From positions 8,352 to 72,351 of the forward strand of contig CAVTJO010000010.1 of the NCBI GenBank assembly GCA_963734955.1: a DNA stretch of 64,000 bases. Direction: 5' to 3'. The stretch comes from an uncultured Bacteroidota bacterium (GTDB lineage: Bacteria; Bacteroidota; Ignavibacteria; UBA10030; UBA6906). The notes below the pieces were generated by a model. It saw only the letters and a list, made by a program, of their open reading frames with translations. It was not told where the DNA came from and did no database searches. Made by a program: the position numbers and the translations under genes. Positions 10,734 to 21,164 of this stretch are shown piece after piece (the stretch's first letter is position 1; each line of letters starts with the position of its first letter).

Positions 10734-11758
10734 TGTAGTGTCGCTCCCAAACTAATTCGCTGAACATGTCCCAGATAGGTTCCGATTGAACCGTAGCTGT
10801 AGTCGAGTGATACGTTCACCGATCCAAGCGTGTGCTTGATGCCGCCCCCAAGAGTCAATCCTTCGGAATCATAGTGAAATTTGTACCCTGCGCGCAACGC
10901 AAAGACGCCCGCGTATTCATACTCCATTCCAACATGTTCCTGTTGGTCATAGTCATTTGGTTGAAAGAGATCGAACGCGAGGCTCACTCGATTGTCTTCA
11001 TCGGACACAAGCAGAGGGTCCTTTCCAATCAGGTCCGCAGCGGTACCGAATCTGAAGAGTAGCGGAGCGAGACTGGATTGCTTCGCGTACGTGATCTCTG
11101 CTCCAAAGCTCTGCACTGCCGCGGCGATTTGAATCGAACGAAACCCGGTGTTGTACCGAATGCCGAAGTCAAACAGCAGGCCACTTCCCCAAGTCTTCAC
11201 ACTCTCAAACACGCCTTTTCTCACCATGGCTGTGACCATTTCGCCATTAAAAAGCGATTCGTGAGCATACTTTACCGTCAGCCCGGTGGAGAATTTGTCT
11301 GTGAGACTGCGGGCGTACGTGAGGCCAACAAGGTATCCGAATGGACGAAATGTTCTTCCGGTCATGCCGGGTTCAGCGGCATTCTGCATATACTGTGCAA
11401 GGAGACTCGTCTCCTCGAATTCACCATAATCAACGTATTGGATCTGCACCCCCAGGGCACCGATACTTCCGAGGCTTGCAGCATAGGAAAGTGCACCCTG
11501 CCGGGCATCGAAGATCCAGTCGATGTATGTCGAGGAGAATTCCTGATTCTGGACAAGAGCGACTCCACTCGGATTCCAGAAGACCGCCTCAGCACCAGAA
11601 GCCCAAGCGCTATACGCGTCGCCCAACGCCGTTGCGCGGGCACACGGCATAACCTTCAGAAATTGCATCGATGTCGTGCCCACTTTTTGAGCAAGTGCGG
11701 CTTGCGAACACACCATGACCAAGAGGGGCAACCAAGCAACTCTAGCAATGTTGTTCAC
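10730..11758 (-). CDS. PorV/PorQ-family (UPF0164) outer-membrane barrel
   Basis: KVGTTSMQFLK..CARATALGDA...AVFWNPSG, GMEYEY...LRAGY, DYSY...ISLG motifs. Confidence 0.88.
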   Translation of the reverse strand: MNNIARVAWLPLLVMVCSQAALAQKVGTTSMQFLKVMPCARATALGDAYSAWASGAEAVFWNPSGVALVQNQEFSSTYIDWIFDARQGALSYAASLGSIGALGVQIQYVDYGEFEETSLLAQYMQNAAEPGMTGRTFRPFGYLVGLTYARSLTDKFSTGLTVKYAHESLFNGEMVTAMVRKGVFESVKTWGSGLLFDFGIRYNTGFRSIQIAAAVQSFGAEITYAKQSSLAPLLFRFGTAADLIGKDPLLVSDEDNRVSLAFDLFQPNDYDQQEHVGMEYEYAGVFALRAGYKFHYDSEGLTLGGGIKHTLGSVNVSLDYSYGSIGTYLGHVQRISLGATLQ

Positions 11759-11776
11759 TTTGGCAGACTCCCTTCT

Positions 11777-14029
11777 TCAATGAATAATGACAAATTTCCC
11801 GTGCGACTGTGCCCCGCCGACATCCTCGACGACAAAGTAGTAAACCCCTGAAGCCAGCAATTGATTGTTCCTTGAGATCTGGAACCATGGATTGTTGAAA
11901 CCGCCATCATGCACGAGCGTCTGGATAAGCTGACCACTATAAGAAAATATCCTGATTGTACAATGTGCCGTCAGGCCAAAGAACTGAAGCCTGTCGGTCA
12001 CCTCTCCGTTGGGGTCAGATGCATTGCCACGACCGTTCGTAACAATGAGAGGGTTCGGGACCACATAGACTTTGCCGAGCGTTGGAACTGGTGGAGCTTG
12101 AGTCACGTGAGTGGCCATATTGGTCATCCCGCTCCTCCCGTTCAAAGAATCCACCGAGATAACAGCGTAGTAATAGTAGTCGCCAAGAATGCTCGCTGTG
12201 TCGAGCATAACGTAAACCGAATCCTTGAAGTAGCGAGGGTCCCTCGGCCTCACACTGTCCATCACGGCCCACGGACCCAAGGGGCTTGGGGAACGCATTG
12301 CAAGATACTGTTTGAACGGTGCATGAAGGCGGCCACCAGCCTGCGCGTTAGTGAACTCCTCAACCTGGGGCCCCCATACAATCTTGTTGAAAGCCGAGCG
12401 TGTGTCCTCGACTCTTATCACAGGCGCGGGGAAGGGAATAGGGATTGTATTGTACATACCAAACCCATTTGGCGCCGAGTTTACAGGTTCATATTGCAGC
12501 GTATCATGCTTCACCAGGGGGCGTCCGGTATACATCTGGATGGCCCGGTCTGCAACGTCGCGAATGGACACAACCCCCGGAGTGACGTACCAGGGCAACG
12601 GATGATTCTGAAGGTATCGGCTCCCGATGTACGATTTGCTTCCGAGATAGGGATACTGTAGGGTATCATACCAACTCGGCACAGGATTAAAATAGATGTT
12701 TCCATTATCAATGCCTGCCCGAATGTTTCCTCCGAGATCCGTGTACACTGTGTCACCTGCCACACCCGGACCATATCCAACAACCTCCGCAACGGCGAAT
12801 CGTAGTGTTACACCGGGGGGTAGAACATATGGGTAAAAGCCATACGCCCGAACCACCGGCTGATACCACGAGAGATTGGGAGAGCCTCTTGTTCGTCCCC
12901 TCCAGTAATACCAGTTGTTAATGTCCGAGGGGAGAAACTGTGTGACCAATCTCGCAGAATCACCACTCCCAAAGATTCCGGTCTTCCGTTGGCTTCTGGG
13001 GTCGAGCCAGGCTTGAGTTTTGGTCTGGGGAATATTGCCATTCTCAAATCGCAGGAGAAATGGCTGCTTCACCTTGCCATTGGCGTCCCACATTCCGGTG
13101 CTGTCACCTGCAACCGGCCAGATCTGTTGAGTTTGCGTCCGTGTAGCGATGTGGTCGTAATCATAGTACAGCATCATGAGCCCTGCCGCTTGCGGCGAGT
13201 TCAGCCCACCCCTGTCGCCAGGCTGGGACCATAAATCGAAGTACGCCGTGTCGGGTCTCCCCTCGCGATCATGATTGTACGTCATCCATCGCTTGAGGTC
13301 GAACCTGCCGAATTGGTTTCCCTCTCCATTTTGCCCGCGATAGTCGCCCTCTCCCCACCTATTGTATGTCCGCTGATAGCCAAACATCGACGGCCCAATG
13401 CCGTACGTCCAGACAACATCAAGATCCTTGATCGTATCGGCGGTCGTATTGAACAATTCGTATTCATAAATGATGAAACCATCATACCCGGGGAAACTCC
13501 AGGCTCGACTTGTTCGAGTGACCGTCACACCAAGTTGCGAGGTTGCCCATTTTGCCACGATCCTCTCCTCGGCCTCGTTTGGGTCGTACGCGGAATTCAG
13601 ATCACCATTGGCAAGCACGGGATAGTTCTCAATCCGGTCAATGGAAATCGGTACAACACCTTGAGTGGGGACGGGGTTTCCACTTGCATCCGAAATGGCA
13701 CCACAGTAGATGTATTGTCGACCTGCGGGAAGGTACCGACCAGCTGTATCAGGCCTGGTGCCGGCAAGCCACAGCCCACCCCCAAATGAATTCTGCTGTC
13801 CGGCATACTGTGTTCGATCGATAATCTGGGATGAATTTGGAGGCCATTCCATAGAGGGGAACCCTTCCAACACACCGCCCACTCCGTTGTCATATCCTCT
13901 TCCAATTTCACCCGTATTATACTCGGTCTCGTGCAACATTCCCCGCTGATGGACTCGGTACTCTCGAGTCTGTGAAAAAGCCGTCACAAAAGTCGTGGTC
14001 AGAAGGATTGAACCAAGAATGCATTTCAT
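11777..14029 (-). CDS. 750-aa secreted protein with a degenerate T9SS-type CTD; TBDR/PorV partner
   Basis: Start reassigned to ATG 14029 (MKCILGSILLTTTFVTAFSQ, AGGA upstream). C-terminus VYVVPNP...IRIFSYSGQLIQTL...LASGVYYFVVE...GKFVIIH. Confidence 0.8.
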   Translation of the reverse strand: MKCILGSILLTTTFVTAFSQTREYRVHQRGMLHETEYNTGEIGRGYDNGVGGVLEGFPSMEWPPNSSQIIDRTQYAGQQNSFGGGLWLAGTRPDTAGRYLPAGRQYIYCGAISDASGNPVPTQGVVPISIDRIENYPVLANGDLNSAYDPNEAEERIVAKWATSQLGVTVTRTSRAWSFPGYDGFIIYEYELFNTTADTIKDLDVVWTYGIGPSMFGYQRTYNRWGEGDYRGQNGEGNQFGRFDLKRWMTYNHDREGRPDTAYFDLWSQPGDRGGLNSPQAAGLMMLYYDYDHIATRTQTQQIWPVAGDSTGMWDANGKVKQPFLLRFENGNIPQTKTQAWLDPRSQRKTGIFGSGDSARLVTQFLPSDINNWYYWRGRTRGSPNLSWYQPVVRAYGFYPYVLPPGVTLRFAVAEVVGYGPGVAGDTVYTDLGGNIRAGIDNGNIYFNPVPSWYDTLQYPYLGSKSYIGSRYLQNHPLPWYVTPGVVSIRDVADRAIQMYTGRPLVKHDTLQYEPVNSAPNGFGMYNTIPIPFPAPVIRVEDTRSAFNKIVWGPQVEEFTNAQAGGRLHAPFKQYLAMRSPSPLGPWAVMDSVRPRDPRYFKDSVYVMLDTASILGDYYYYAVISVDSLNGRSGMTNMATHVTQAPPVPTLGKVYVVPNPLIVTNGRGNASDPNGEVTDRLQFFGLTAHCTIRIFSYSGQLIQTLVHDGGFNNPWFQISRNNQLLASGVYYFVVEDVGGAQSHGKFVIIH

Positions 14030-14060
14030 GTCGTTAGTCCTGCGCATGGTGACTCCGCAG

Positions 14061-17027
14061 CTACAATTGAATCGAGACACCGAAGTCGAAGGACCTCGGA
14101 GGATTGGAGTAGATAAGAAACGACTGGTCCACAGCAAAGGGGCCTTGCAGCGCAGTATCCCACCAATACCTGATACCATTTCTGGGATCGTCGATGGAAT
14201 AATTCTCATATGCCGCGATCCGGGGGTTCGGTTGCGAGAGTGTGCCAGTTGCAAACACGTAGTCATAGTTGAGAATCTTATTGTCAAAGAGATTGAACAC
14301 TTCAAGATAGACCAATGCCTCGGTCCCGAAGAAGTTCCGGATTCTTCTCGTGAGTTTCACGTTTGTGTTGTATTCCGCAGGAGCGCGTGAGCCGTTGATA
14401 AGCGTGGGGTTCCTCGGAGACGTGTATGGCCGGCCACTTCGCGCGAATGAGCTCGCCGATAGCGTGGCATCGGCAAAAGGCTGGATACCCAGGATAGTCG
14501 GCCCCCAATCCTGATCCGTAACGTACGCGAGGTTGACAATGACGTTGTGGGTCCGGTCAAAATCCAGGATGATGTCCCGAATCGGCACATTGACCGTGCT
14601 GGAAGTGACGGTTCCGTTTGGCTGGAGTGTGAAGGACACCGGGGCATTTGTCGCTGTGGCACTCTTACCTGTGGCCACAGAGTATTGATAGTTGATGGAG
14701 CCAGTGAGAGCTCCGCTTCGTTTGGTCAACGCGAGACGGAATCCTCGAATATCGGCATAATCCCTATTGAAAAATGTTGAATAGGACGAGTTCCCCGCCA
14801 CAAATACTGCAGAGTCGATAAGATTCTTAACGTCTTTGTAGTAACCGCTGACATCGAGAGTGAACCCCGCCCCGAGCCCCTGTGTAACGCCAATGTCGTA
14901 ACTGTTCGTCGTCTCCGGTTCAAGCCTCGGGTTTCCCAAAACCACTGGTCTCTGATACGCCTGGGTGACCCGGCTGGTAACGACGTACTTAAACGGGGGC
15001 CTTTGCATGAACGAGCCATAGTTCAGGTGAAACACCGTGTTAAGGGAAACAGGAAACGACACCCCAATTCTCGGTTGCAGTCTTACAAGAACGGGAGCTT
15101 TCTTTCGGGGAGCCAATTCCGGATGATAAAAACCAAGAGTGTCTTGTACAAGGTATGGGTGGAACTGATCGGTATAGTAGTCACTTGAAGAGCTCCACAG
15201 ATCGGCCCGGACGCCGACGTTAGCGATCATCCCTTCAAATTCCATCTTATCCTGTGCATACAACGCACCCTCAAATGGCTTGGACGTGTATCGTTCAACG
15301 GGTGTGGAAAGGCCATTGAACACGCCAAGATCGTTTGATATGTCAATAAGATACGCGTTCGCCTGAACGCCCATGTTCAGTAGATGCGAAGTGGTTACCT
15401 GGCTGGTGATGGATCCTTCGATTGAAATCGTGCGTGTAAGCTCATCCCTGAAAACGTCATCCCCGTTCATGTAGTCCAGTTTATCGGGAGAGTTGCCGTA
15501 AAGAACAGGAAGTATGAAGCTCCAGTTTAGTCTATTGGCAAGAATGACTGAATCGGGCAGCGAACTTGGCGTTGGAGTCGATCCAACTTTTCGCTTCGTC
15601 CACAGGGAGTTCAACTTCAGCTCAACAAAGGTACTCGGACTGAACGCGTGGGTGAAGCGCGTTCCCAATTGAAGGTTTGTCCTCTTTTGATAATCAATGG
15701 CGGTGATCCTGTCCCACAGCCAGTTTTGATATCCCGTGTAGTTGTTGACGCTCGGGAATATATTGGTGCTTTCCTCAGAGTAACCACCACTCAAGCGAAG
15801 CGTCGAACTCCCTCCAACGTCGATCGCGGCGTTCCCCATCACTTGCCTCTCGGTATTGGGCTGCTCGGTCGGGAAGACCGGCCATTCAACACTTGATCGT
15901 AAGGCTACGAATGCGCGCATGAATTCAGAGACCGGTCCGCCTGTGGCCACTTCCGCCGAGTAATCCATATCCTTTCCGTAGTTGAGGTTCAGATCCCTCC
16001 GCGTTTGCATCTGCCATAGGGTTCGTGCGATGGCAAGTTGAACGGCGGTGTCGCGTCCATACTGGCCGCTCAGTCCGGAACCCATGGAACCGATATACGA
16101 TCCGCCGCTTCCGGAGTTCGGATCTCCCTGCAGCCAGACGTTTCCATTGAGAAGCAGCGCTAGATAGGGATTTGCGTTGGGGTCGTATGCGCTGGGCCCA
16201 AAATGTTTCCGACCGGGAGCACGCATCCTCGTTTCCACTGTCGTCCTCCACATGTCGGGTTTCCCTTCCTTCATGGAGATGTTGACAACACCCGATTGTG
16301 CATTGCCATACTGGGCGCCGAAACCACTGGTGATCACCTCAACCTCTTCAACGGCACTCATGATCGGCAGAAACGCACTGGTGTTGTTCAATGGATTGAC
16401 AATCCCCATTCCCTGCAGAGTGTAGTATTCTTCGTTTTCCCGACCACCTCTGAAGTGTCCGTCCGTTACGTCCGCTGCGAGATTCAACACATCGCCAACG
16501 TCACGAATTCCTGCAAGCGACTGCACGTCCTCCGAACGGACAATCGCACTCGTGGATGTTTTTTCCCGCTCGACGTCTGGCCGGGTCGCCTGAACGACCA
16601 CTTCCTCCATGAGCACCGCCGACGCTTTGAGTTTGAAGTCCACTGTAGTCGTCCGTCCAACATCAATAATAACTCCACGCATGAGGGTCTTTTGATACCC
16701 GAGCATGGATGCCTGAACGTCGTACTTACCCGGTGGGATGTTGAGGATAAAGAACTCGCCATCCATGTTCGTGGAGGCGCCCAAGGTTGTCCCCATGACT
16801 GCGACATTGCAGCCGATGAGTGGATCACCTGTTTCGGCGTCGATAGCCTTGCCGGAGATCTTTCCAACGCTCTGAGCAGAAAGGATACTGGCGCCCAGCA
16901 ATAATAGCAGTGTCAAGTAAAGAAGGGACACCCACGCCTTTTGAAGGGGGCGCAATGTTGCATCTGCCCGACGCGGTAACCCAACGTGCCTGGTATTCTC
17001 CATCGTGACGGTACCCTTGTCTGTCAT
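14061..17027 (-). CDS. TonB-dependent transporter with N-terminal carboxypeptidase-regulatory-like domain
   Basis: TAAGGAG before ATG 17027. GKISGKAIDAETGDPLIG, plug HFRGGR...VEEVEVITSGFGAQYG, PRIGVSFP, GNPRLEPE, C-terminal PRSFDFGVSIQL. Confidence 0.92.
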   Translation of the reverse strand: MTDKGTVTMENTRHVGLPRRADATLRPLQKAWVSLLYLTLLLLLGASILSAQSVGKISGKAIDAETGDPLIGCNVAVMGTTLGASTNMDGEFFILNIPPGKYDVQASMLGYQKTLMRGVIIDVGRTTTVDFKLKASAVLMEEVVVQATRPDVEREKTSTSAIVRSEDVQSLAGIRDVGDVLNLAADVTDGHFRGGRENEEYYTLQGMGIVNPLNNTSAFLPIMSAVEEVEVITSGFGAQYGNAQSGVVNISMKEGKPDMWRTTVETRMRAPGRKHFGPSAYDPNANPYLALLLNGNVWLQGDPNSGSGGSYIGSMGSGLSGQYGRDTAVQLAIARTLWQMQTRRDLNLNYGKDMDYSAEVATGGPVSEFMRAFVALRSSVEWPVFPTEQPNTERQVMGNAAIDVGGSSTLRLSGGYSEESTNIFPSVNNYTGYQNWLWDRITAIDYQKRTNLQLGTRFTHAFSPSTFVELKLNSLWTKRKVGSTPTPSSLPDSVILANRLNWSFILPVLYGNSPDKLDYMNGDDVFRDELTRTISIEGSITSQVTTSHLLNMGVQANAYLIDISNDLGVFNGLSTPVERYTSKPFEGALYAQDKMEFEGMIANVGVRADLWSSSSDYYTDQFHPYLVQDTLGFYHPELAPRKKAPVLVRLQPRIGVSFPVSLNTVFHLNYGSFMQRPPFKYVVTSRVTQAYQRPVVLGNPRLEPETTNSYDIGVTQGLGAGFTLDVSGYYKDVKNLIDSAVFVAGNSSYSTFFNRDYADIRGFRLALTKRSGALTGSINYQYSVATGKSATATNAPVSFTLQPNGTVTSSTVNVPIRDIILDFDRTHNVIVNLAYVTDQDWGPTILGIQPFADATLSASSFARSGRPYTSPRNPTLINGSRAPAEYNTNVKLTRRIRNFFGTEALVYLEVFNLFDNKILNYDYVFATGTLSQPNPRIAAYENYSIDDPRNGIRYWWDTALQGPFAVDQSFLIYSNPPRSFDFGVSIQL

Positions 17028-17410
17028 TAGGGACTCCTTATTTCTGGACGACAGCAACTGCATCATGGTGTGAACTTCGCGTACTCCATCTTCGCGCGAA
17101 ATCGCTGCCCGACAACATAGCCACAACTCTCGACCGCATCAATCCGGTTAGCTAATTTCATAATTTTCTACTCATCAATTCTCACCGCTCCTCCTGCTGA
17201 CAGACGAAGAACACCAGAGGCACCCGGCTGCCCTGTCACGCGATCAATCAAGAGCAGAGAATGGAGCGGCGCACTCTTGACCTGAAAGGCTGATTCAAGT
17301 TGGCCCATGCGAGCAGATCAGGATGAGCAAAGAACTTCGGGGCTACTATCAGCAAGCGATGTCGAAGCTATCGGCTGTTGTGCGGATTTCGAGAAAAAGG
17401 GGCGGTGAAA

Positions 17411-17440
17411 TATCGCTTACTTTATCGATTACTTTATCGC
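17411..17440. repeat. 12-bp tandem direct repeat (2.5 copies), candidate LacI operator array
   Basis: TATCGCTTACTT-TATCGATTACTT-TATCGC, immediately downstream of the predicted transcription start. Confidence 0.6.
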
Positions 17441-17446
17441 TACGCA

Positions 17447-17475
17447 AGTATAGCATAATGAACTGTCTTTGTCAA
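17447..17475 (-). promoter_or_regulatory. Sigma70-type promoter for the pectin locus
   Basis: Minus strand TTGACA (17475-17470), 17-nt spacer, TATACT (17452-17447), with extended TG-n before the -10. Confidence 0.8.
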
Positions 17476-17955
17476 GTCATTTGTTGCGCGCGGAAAAGAT
17501 TGTGGGAATCTCTATCCGCCCCGATTACACCGATGGATGGCTGCAGCGCCTTGGGGCAACAATAGCAGATGTGAGGAGTTCGTGAGCTGAACGCCATTCA
17601 CATTGAAGAGCTTTTTCTTAGACTGATAGCGAGACAGACGACAATAGGCGGTCTGGACGAATGGGTTGCGGGAGCATTGGTCATTAGTCGGAGAGCCTGG
17701 AAATCCTGCCTTAGTACACACTCCATTGGATGACACATTGGGGAAATTCTCGTCAGGATCGTAATGGTGGCTGCCGGAATTTCTTACACCAGAGACGAAA
17801 AATCGACCGAGTCAGACGGAGCCGTAAGCAGATTTGCCGCCTATGCCCCATTATCCGGTGTGGAACGCAAATTGCGTGAATTGGCTTGAGACCACACTGA
17901 AGTTCAGCGCGGGTACTCGGAAAATCAGAAAAAATACAATCTGGACGTCTGGACA

Positions 17956-18561
17956 ATGAGCTCTCCAGAGACAAGAAGTGAACCCAAACGAAAAACGCCA
18001 GCCCCACGGGGGAATGCGAAGCGACTACCAACAAACATGACGAGCGCACGAGCAAAAGAGAAAAGAGATCAGAATCCTCAACCTTCACGCCATCAGACCT
18101 CAAGCTCGTCAAAAGGATCCCCAGTACTCTATATTATGGCAATCGGGGCGTGCGTCCTTCTCGGTGGATCGTACGCAATGTACCTGTCGACATCGGCTCA
18201 CGAAACATGGTATGCCGCCCCGTCGACAGATGTGTCATTCGAACCAACGCCGGTATCGCTAACGCAGCCAAAACCAGCACCGGTGAAAGAAGTGCCATCG
18301 AATAGTGCGCCGCTCACATCAAGTGGGACAGCCAGGCAACCCGTCAGACCAAACGCCGTGATCGACGTACCTCATGTGGGTTTGAGGAACGTACCTGACA
18401 TTCACATGAAAGCTTCGCCCGCAGGCCTCAAGCGCGGAGAGCGTGTGGAAGTGCTCAAGAAAATCTCAGGTAAGGGCCCGGCGTGGGTCAAGATCCGGAC
18501 GAAGGGGGGCAAAGTAGGCTGGGTAATTGCATCAGTCGTTAGCCCAAAGAAGGCTGGGTAG
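17956..18561 (+). CDS. Membrane-anchored bacterial SH3-domain protein
   Basis: TM segment LYIMAIGACVLLGGSYAMY, Pro-rich linker, then LRNVP...LKRGERVEVL...WVKIRT...GWV (SH3b pattern). Confidence 0.7.
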   Translation: MSSPETRSEPKRKTPAPRGNAKRLPTNMTSARAKEKRDQNPQPSRHQTSSSSKGSPVLYIMAIGACVLLGGSYAMYLSTSAHETWYAAPSTDVSFEPTPVSLTQPKPAPVKEVPSNSAPLTSSGTARQPVRPNAVIDVPHVGLRNVPDIHMKASPAGLKRGERVEVLKKISGKGPAWVKIRTKGGKVGWVIASVVSPKKAG

Positions 18562-18651
18562 ATCTCTTCTCGAACATCTTGCCCGACCGCTCGCATCTTC
18601 GCGTATGCGAGCGGTTTGGTAAGCGAACAAGAATCGCAACAGGGTGGCAGA

Positions 18652-20499
18652 TCATTCCCTGCGCAATGATGTCGCTGGCAGATAGATCCCGCGATATTTC
18701 CTGTACCAGTATGCACCTGTCTTGTTTCTCTCAGCTGCGTTTGTGAAGCGATAGTCATACACCAAGGCTCTCACATACCGCGGTGGCATCCCGTGAAAAG
18801 GGTCCTGCGCAAGCAACGCAACCACATCGGGAGACCCCTGAAGAATACGCACCATGAAATTCATGAACCACCGATTTTCCCGAGCCTCTCCAAGTGCTGC
18901 AAACCACATTTGCCAGTCAAGACGAGGTTGATGCGGTGCAACCCAAGGCGGCGCACGCAACGTGTCTCCCGGTTTGTATGTAAATTCATAGGCGAACCAA
19001 TGTCCGCCATCATTACTCCCCTCGACAATGATTTCCGGGCGCGACGTGGTCATCACGCGAAAGAGCCCGTAACTGTTGACGATGTTGTACATCGAGGACC
19101 AGCGGATCAATGCGGCAGCCGTGTCCGGCATCTGTCCGGGTCTGATGAACAATCCCGCAAGGTGTGCCACGTTGAAGACAACCATCACCGCAGCAAATGA
19201 GTCACGAATGCACCTTAGGACCATCGGGCGATTCACTCTCTCGCTTGAAGTCACACGTGCCTGCCCTCTTCGTATAACGCGACGAATCGAGGCATCATCA
19301 AAGAGGGCCAGGCAAAGAACAATCGTGAGATAATTGAAGAACGCGTAATTGCCGGTGAGGATAATAAGCAATTGAAATGCGATGAGGAACCAAGCGCCGA
19401 GCATCCGCAGCCGTCGTGGCATGAAAATAAGGAAAGGAATCACAAGCTCGACGGCAAACATGACCGCCACGGCAAACTGTTGAAACCATAACGGCATGAG
19501 ATGCGCGTACCACGCGACGGGAGTCGGAATGCACTGGGTTTCAAAATGAAAAGTCAGTGCTGTCAGATTGGACCAGGATGGGTCGCCGCTCGTCAGCTTC
19601 ACGACCCCCGACTGAAACATCAGTCGAAATAGGAGCAGTCTGGGAAGCCATAGGAGCATTCTCGATGGAGGCCGCGGAGGCGAGCGACCGGGCAGAATCC
19701 CAAACGGAGCAAGGATGACGGTAAGAAAGCCAGCCTCAAGCAGCAAAATATCCCATTGAAACGAAAGGAAGTCCTGGCCAACGGCGTAAAGTGAAAAGTA
19801 AAATGCCCATAGAAGGAATGCGGCGGGCTTCTGGAATAAGCCGATAAGAAACAGCACCGAGAGAACCACGCCACCGATACAAAGGAATGACAGGAAGCCG
19901 TCCCCTGAATCAAGCCAAACAAGTGTCGGAATCAGTCGATAGGCTCTGGAACCGAGCTGCTGATGAACAGCATCGAGAAACTGGTGCGCAGGGAGAATTC
20001 CTTGAGCCCCAACGAGTCCCAGGATTTGGGTCGAGAGTGAAAGGAAAGCGACAAGGTAAACGAGACCCATCCCGCGCAGGAATAACCATTGTGCCAGGTG
20101 ATACTCCGGTATGCGGATGTTACTCCCCCACAAGAGACGCGTGAGTCTAAAAAACGCATTCCTCCGCTTGGCAACAAATCGGTAGTAGCATTCAGAAAGC
20201 AATGCAACGCCGGGCACACAACGATACATCCAGAGCAGCCATCTCGTGCCTCGTGTCAGAGACAACATCGTGAACACAGCCTGTGCGCCACCAACAACAT
20301 TTCCTTGCGGATCGATGAGTTGAAGGGATTTCTTGAAATCCTCCAACGGAAGGCGAGGGAACTCGTGAGCGACGTCCTGAAATGCAACAAACTCAATGCC
20401 GCTGAGGTCAGCAGATTTCCATCGGTCAATCCACAATCGGCAGAAATTGCAGTCAGCGTCGAAAACAAGGAGAGGCTTGTCGCGGGAGGGTTGGCTCAT
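18652..20499 (-). CDS. DCC (DUF393) thiol-disulfide oxidoreductase-like domain fused to lipase maturation factor family membrane protein
   Basis: FDADCNFC; FQWDILLLEAGF, FRLMFQSGVVK, HFETQCIP, TGNYAFFN, PHQPRLDWQMWFAAL. Likely start MSQPSR at 20499. Confidence 0.88.
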   Translation of the reverse strand: MSQPSRDKPLLVFDADCNFCRLWIDRWKSADLSGIEFVAFQDVAHEFPRLPLEDFKKSLQLIDPQGNVVGGAQAVFTMLSLTRGTRWLLWMYRCVPGVALLSECYYRFVAKRRNAFFRLTRLLWGSNIRIPEYHLAQWLFLRGMGLVYLVAFLSLSTQILGLVGAQGILPAHQFLDAVHQQLGSRAYRLIPTLVWLDSGDGFLSFLCIGGVVLSVLFLIGLFQKPAAFLLWAFYFSLYAVGQDFLSFQWDILLLEAGFLTVILAPFGILPGRSPPRPPSRMLLWLPRLLLFRLMFQSGVVKLTSGDPSWSNLTALTFHFETQCIPTPVAWYAHLMPLWFQQFAVAVMFAVELVIPFLIFMPRRLRMLGAWFLIAFQLLIILTGNYAFFNYLTIVLCLALFDDASIRRVIRRGQARVTSSERVNRPMVLRCIRDSFAAVMVVFNVAHLAGLFIRPGQMPDTAAALIRWSSMYNIVNSYGLFRVMTTSRPEIIVEGSNDGGHWFAYEFTYKPGDTLRAPPWVAPHQPRLDWQMWFAALGEARENRWFMNFMVRILQGSPDVVALLAQDPFHGMPPRYVRALVYDYRFTNAAERNKTGAYWYRKYRGIYLPATSLRRE

Positions 20500-20574
20500 A
20501 AGAGCACGGCAATCTACCTTATTCTGCAGTGGGCGCGGCATCGCGCCCACGCAGAGTTCACTCACAACAAACAA

Positions 20575-21164
20575 TCAATAGTAGGTTTCAATCGCTGAAG
20601 GGTCGTCGGAAGCCGCGCTTGTTGTGTCATCCGGTATCTTGTGGGACACAGCCTTCAGATGCCGGAGGTAGACGAGCACAGCATGGCGATCTTCCTCTGT
20701 CCAATTGGAATAGGCAGCCCACGGCATGTCCCGATAGTGGGCGACCCTTCCTTCGGGCAGCAGGCCGCTTCGCAGCACGCGTTTCACCTCGTCGTCGGTC
20801 CGACGTGCAAGACCGGTCTGTCTATCCGGTGTGAGGTTTCTTGTTACGAATGTGCCGTACCCCCGAAATGCTGTTTTATTACCACCGGCGAGGTATTGGT
20901 CCCACTCCGGACCCTCGTCGCCGTTCCGGGTATGACAACCGCTGCAATCCGAAACCGTGACGATATACTTTCCCCGCTCCGCCATCGCGCGTTCCGCCGG
21001 ATCGGTGATATCATTGAGCGAGGGGGCTGCCGCCGCAGTTGGCCTGCTGAATTCATCAGGAGCCACCAAAGTAAACGGTGGAATGAAATAGAGAAATCCC
21101 AAGAAACCCAATCACCAGGATAATTCCGAGGACGATACCCACCCACTTAAATCGCCTTCTTCAT
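20575..21164 (-). CDS. Membrane-anchored monoheme cytochrome c, with 2 indels near the 5' end
   Basis: CSGCH, NLTPD, MPW. ATG 21164 overlaps the upstream stop (ATGA). Removing one base at about 21150 and one at about 21108 gives MKKAIKWVGIVLGIILVIGFLGFLYF. Confidence 0.75.

Noticed and set aside
14030-14305. N-terminal extension of ORF 11777..14305
   Set aside because: It overlaps the TBDR 3' end; ATG 14029 gives an RBS and a signal peptide.
17411-17440. CRISPR-like repeat
   Set aside because: 12-bp units with no spacers and no cas genes.
17323-17950. Small ORFs in the divergent intergenic region
   Set aside because: No RBS or motif support, and some overlap the predicted promoter.
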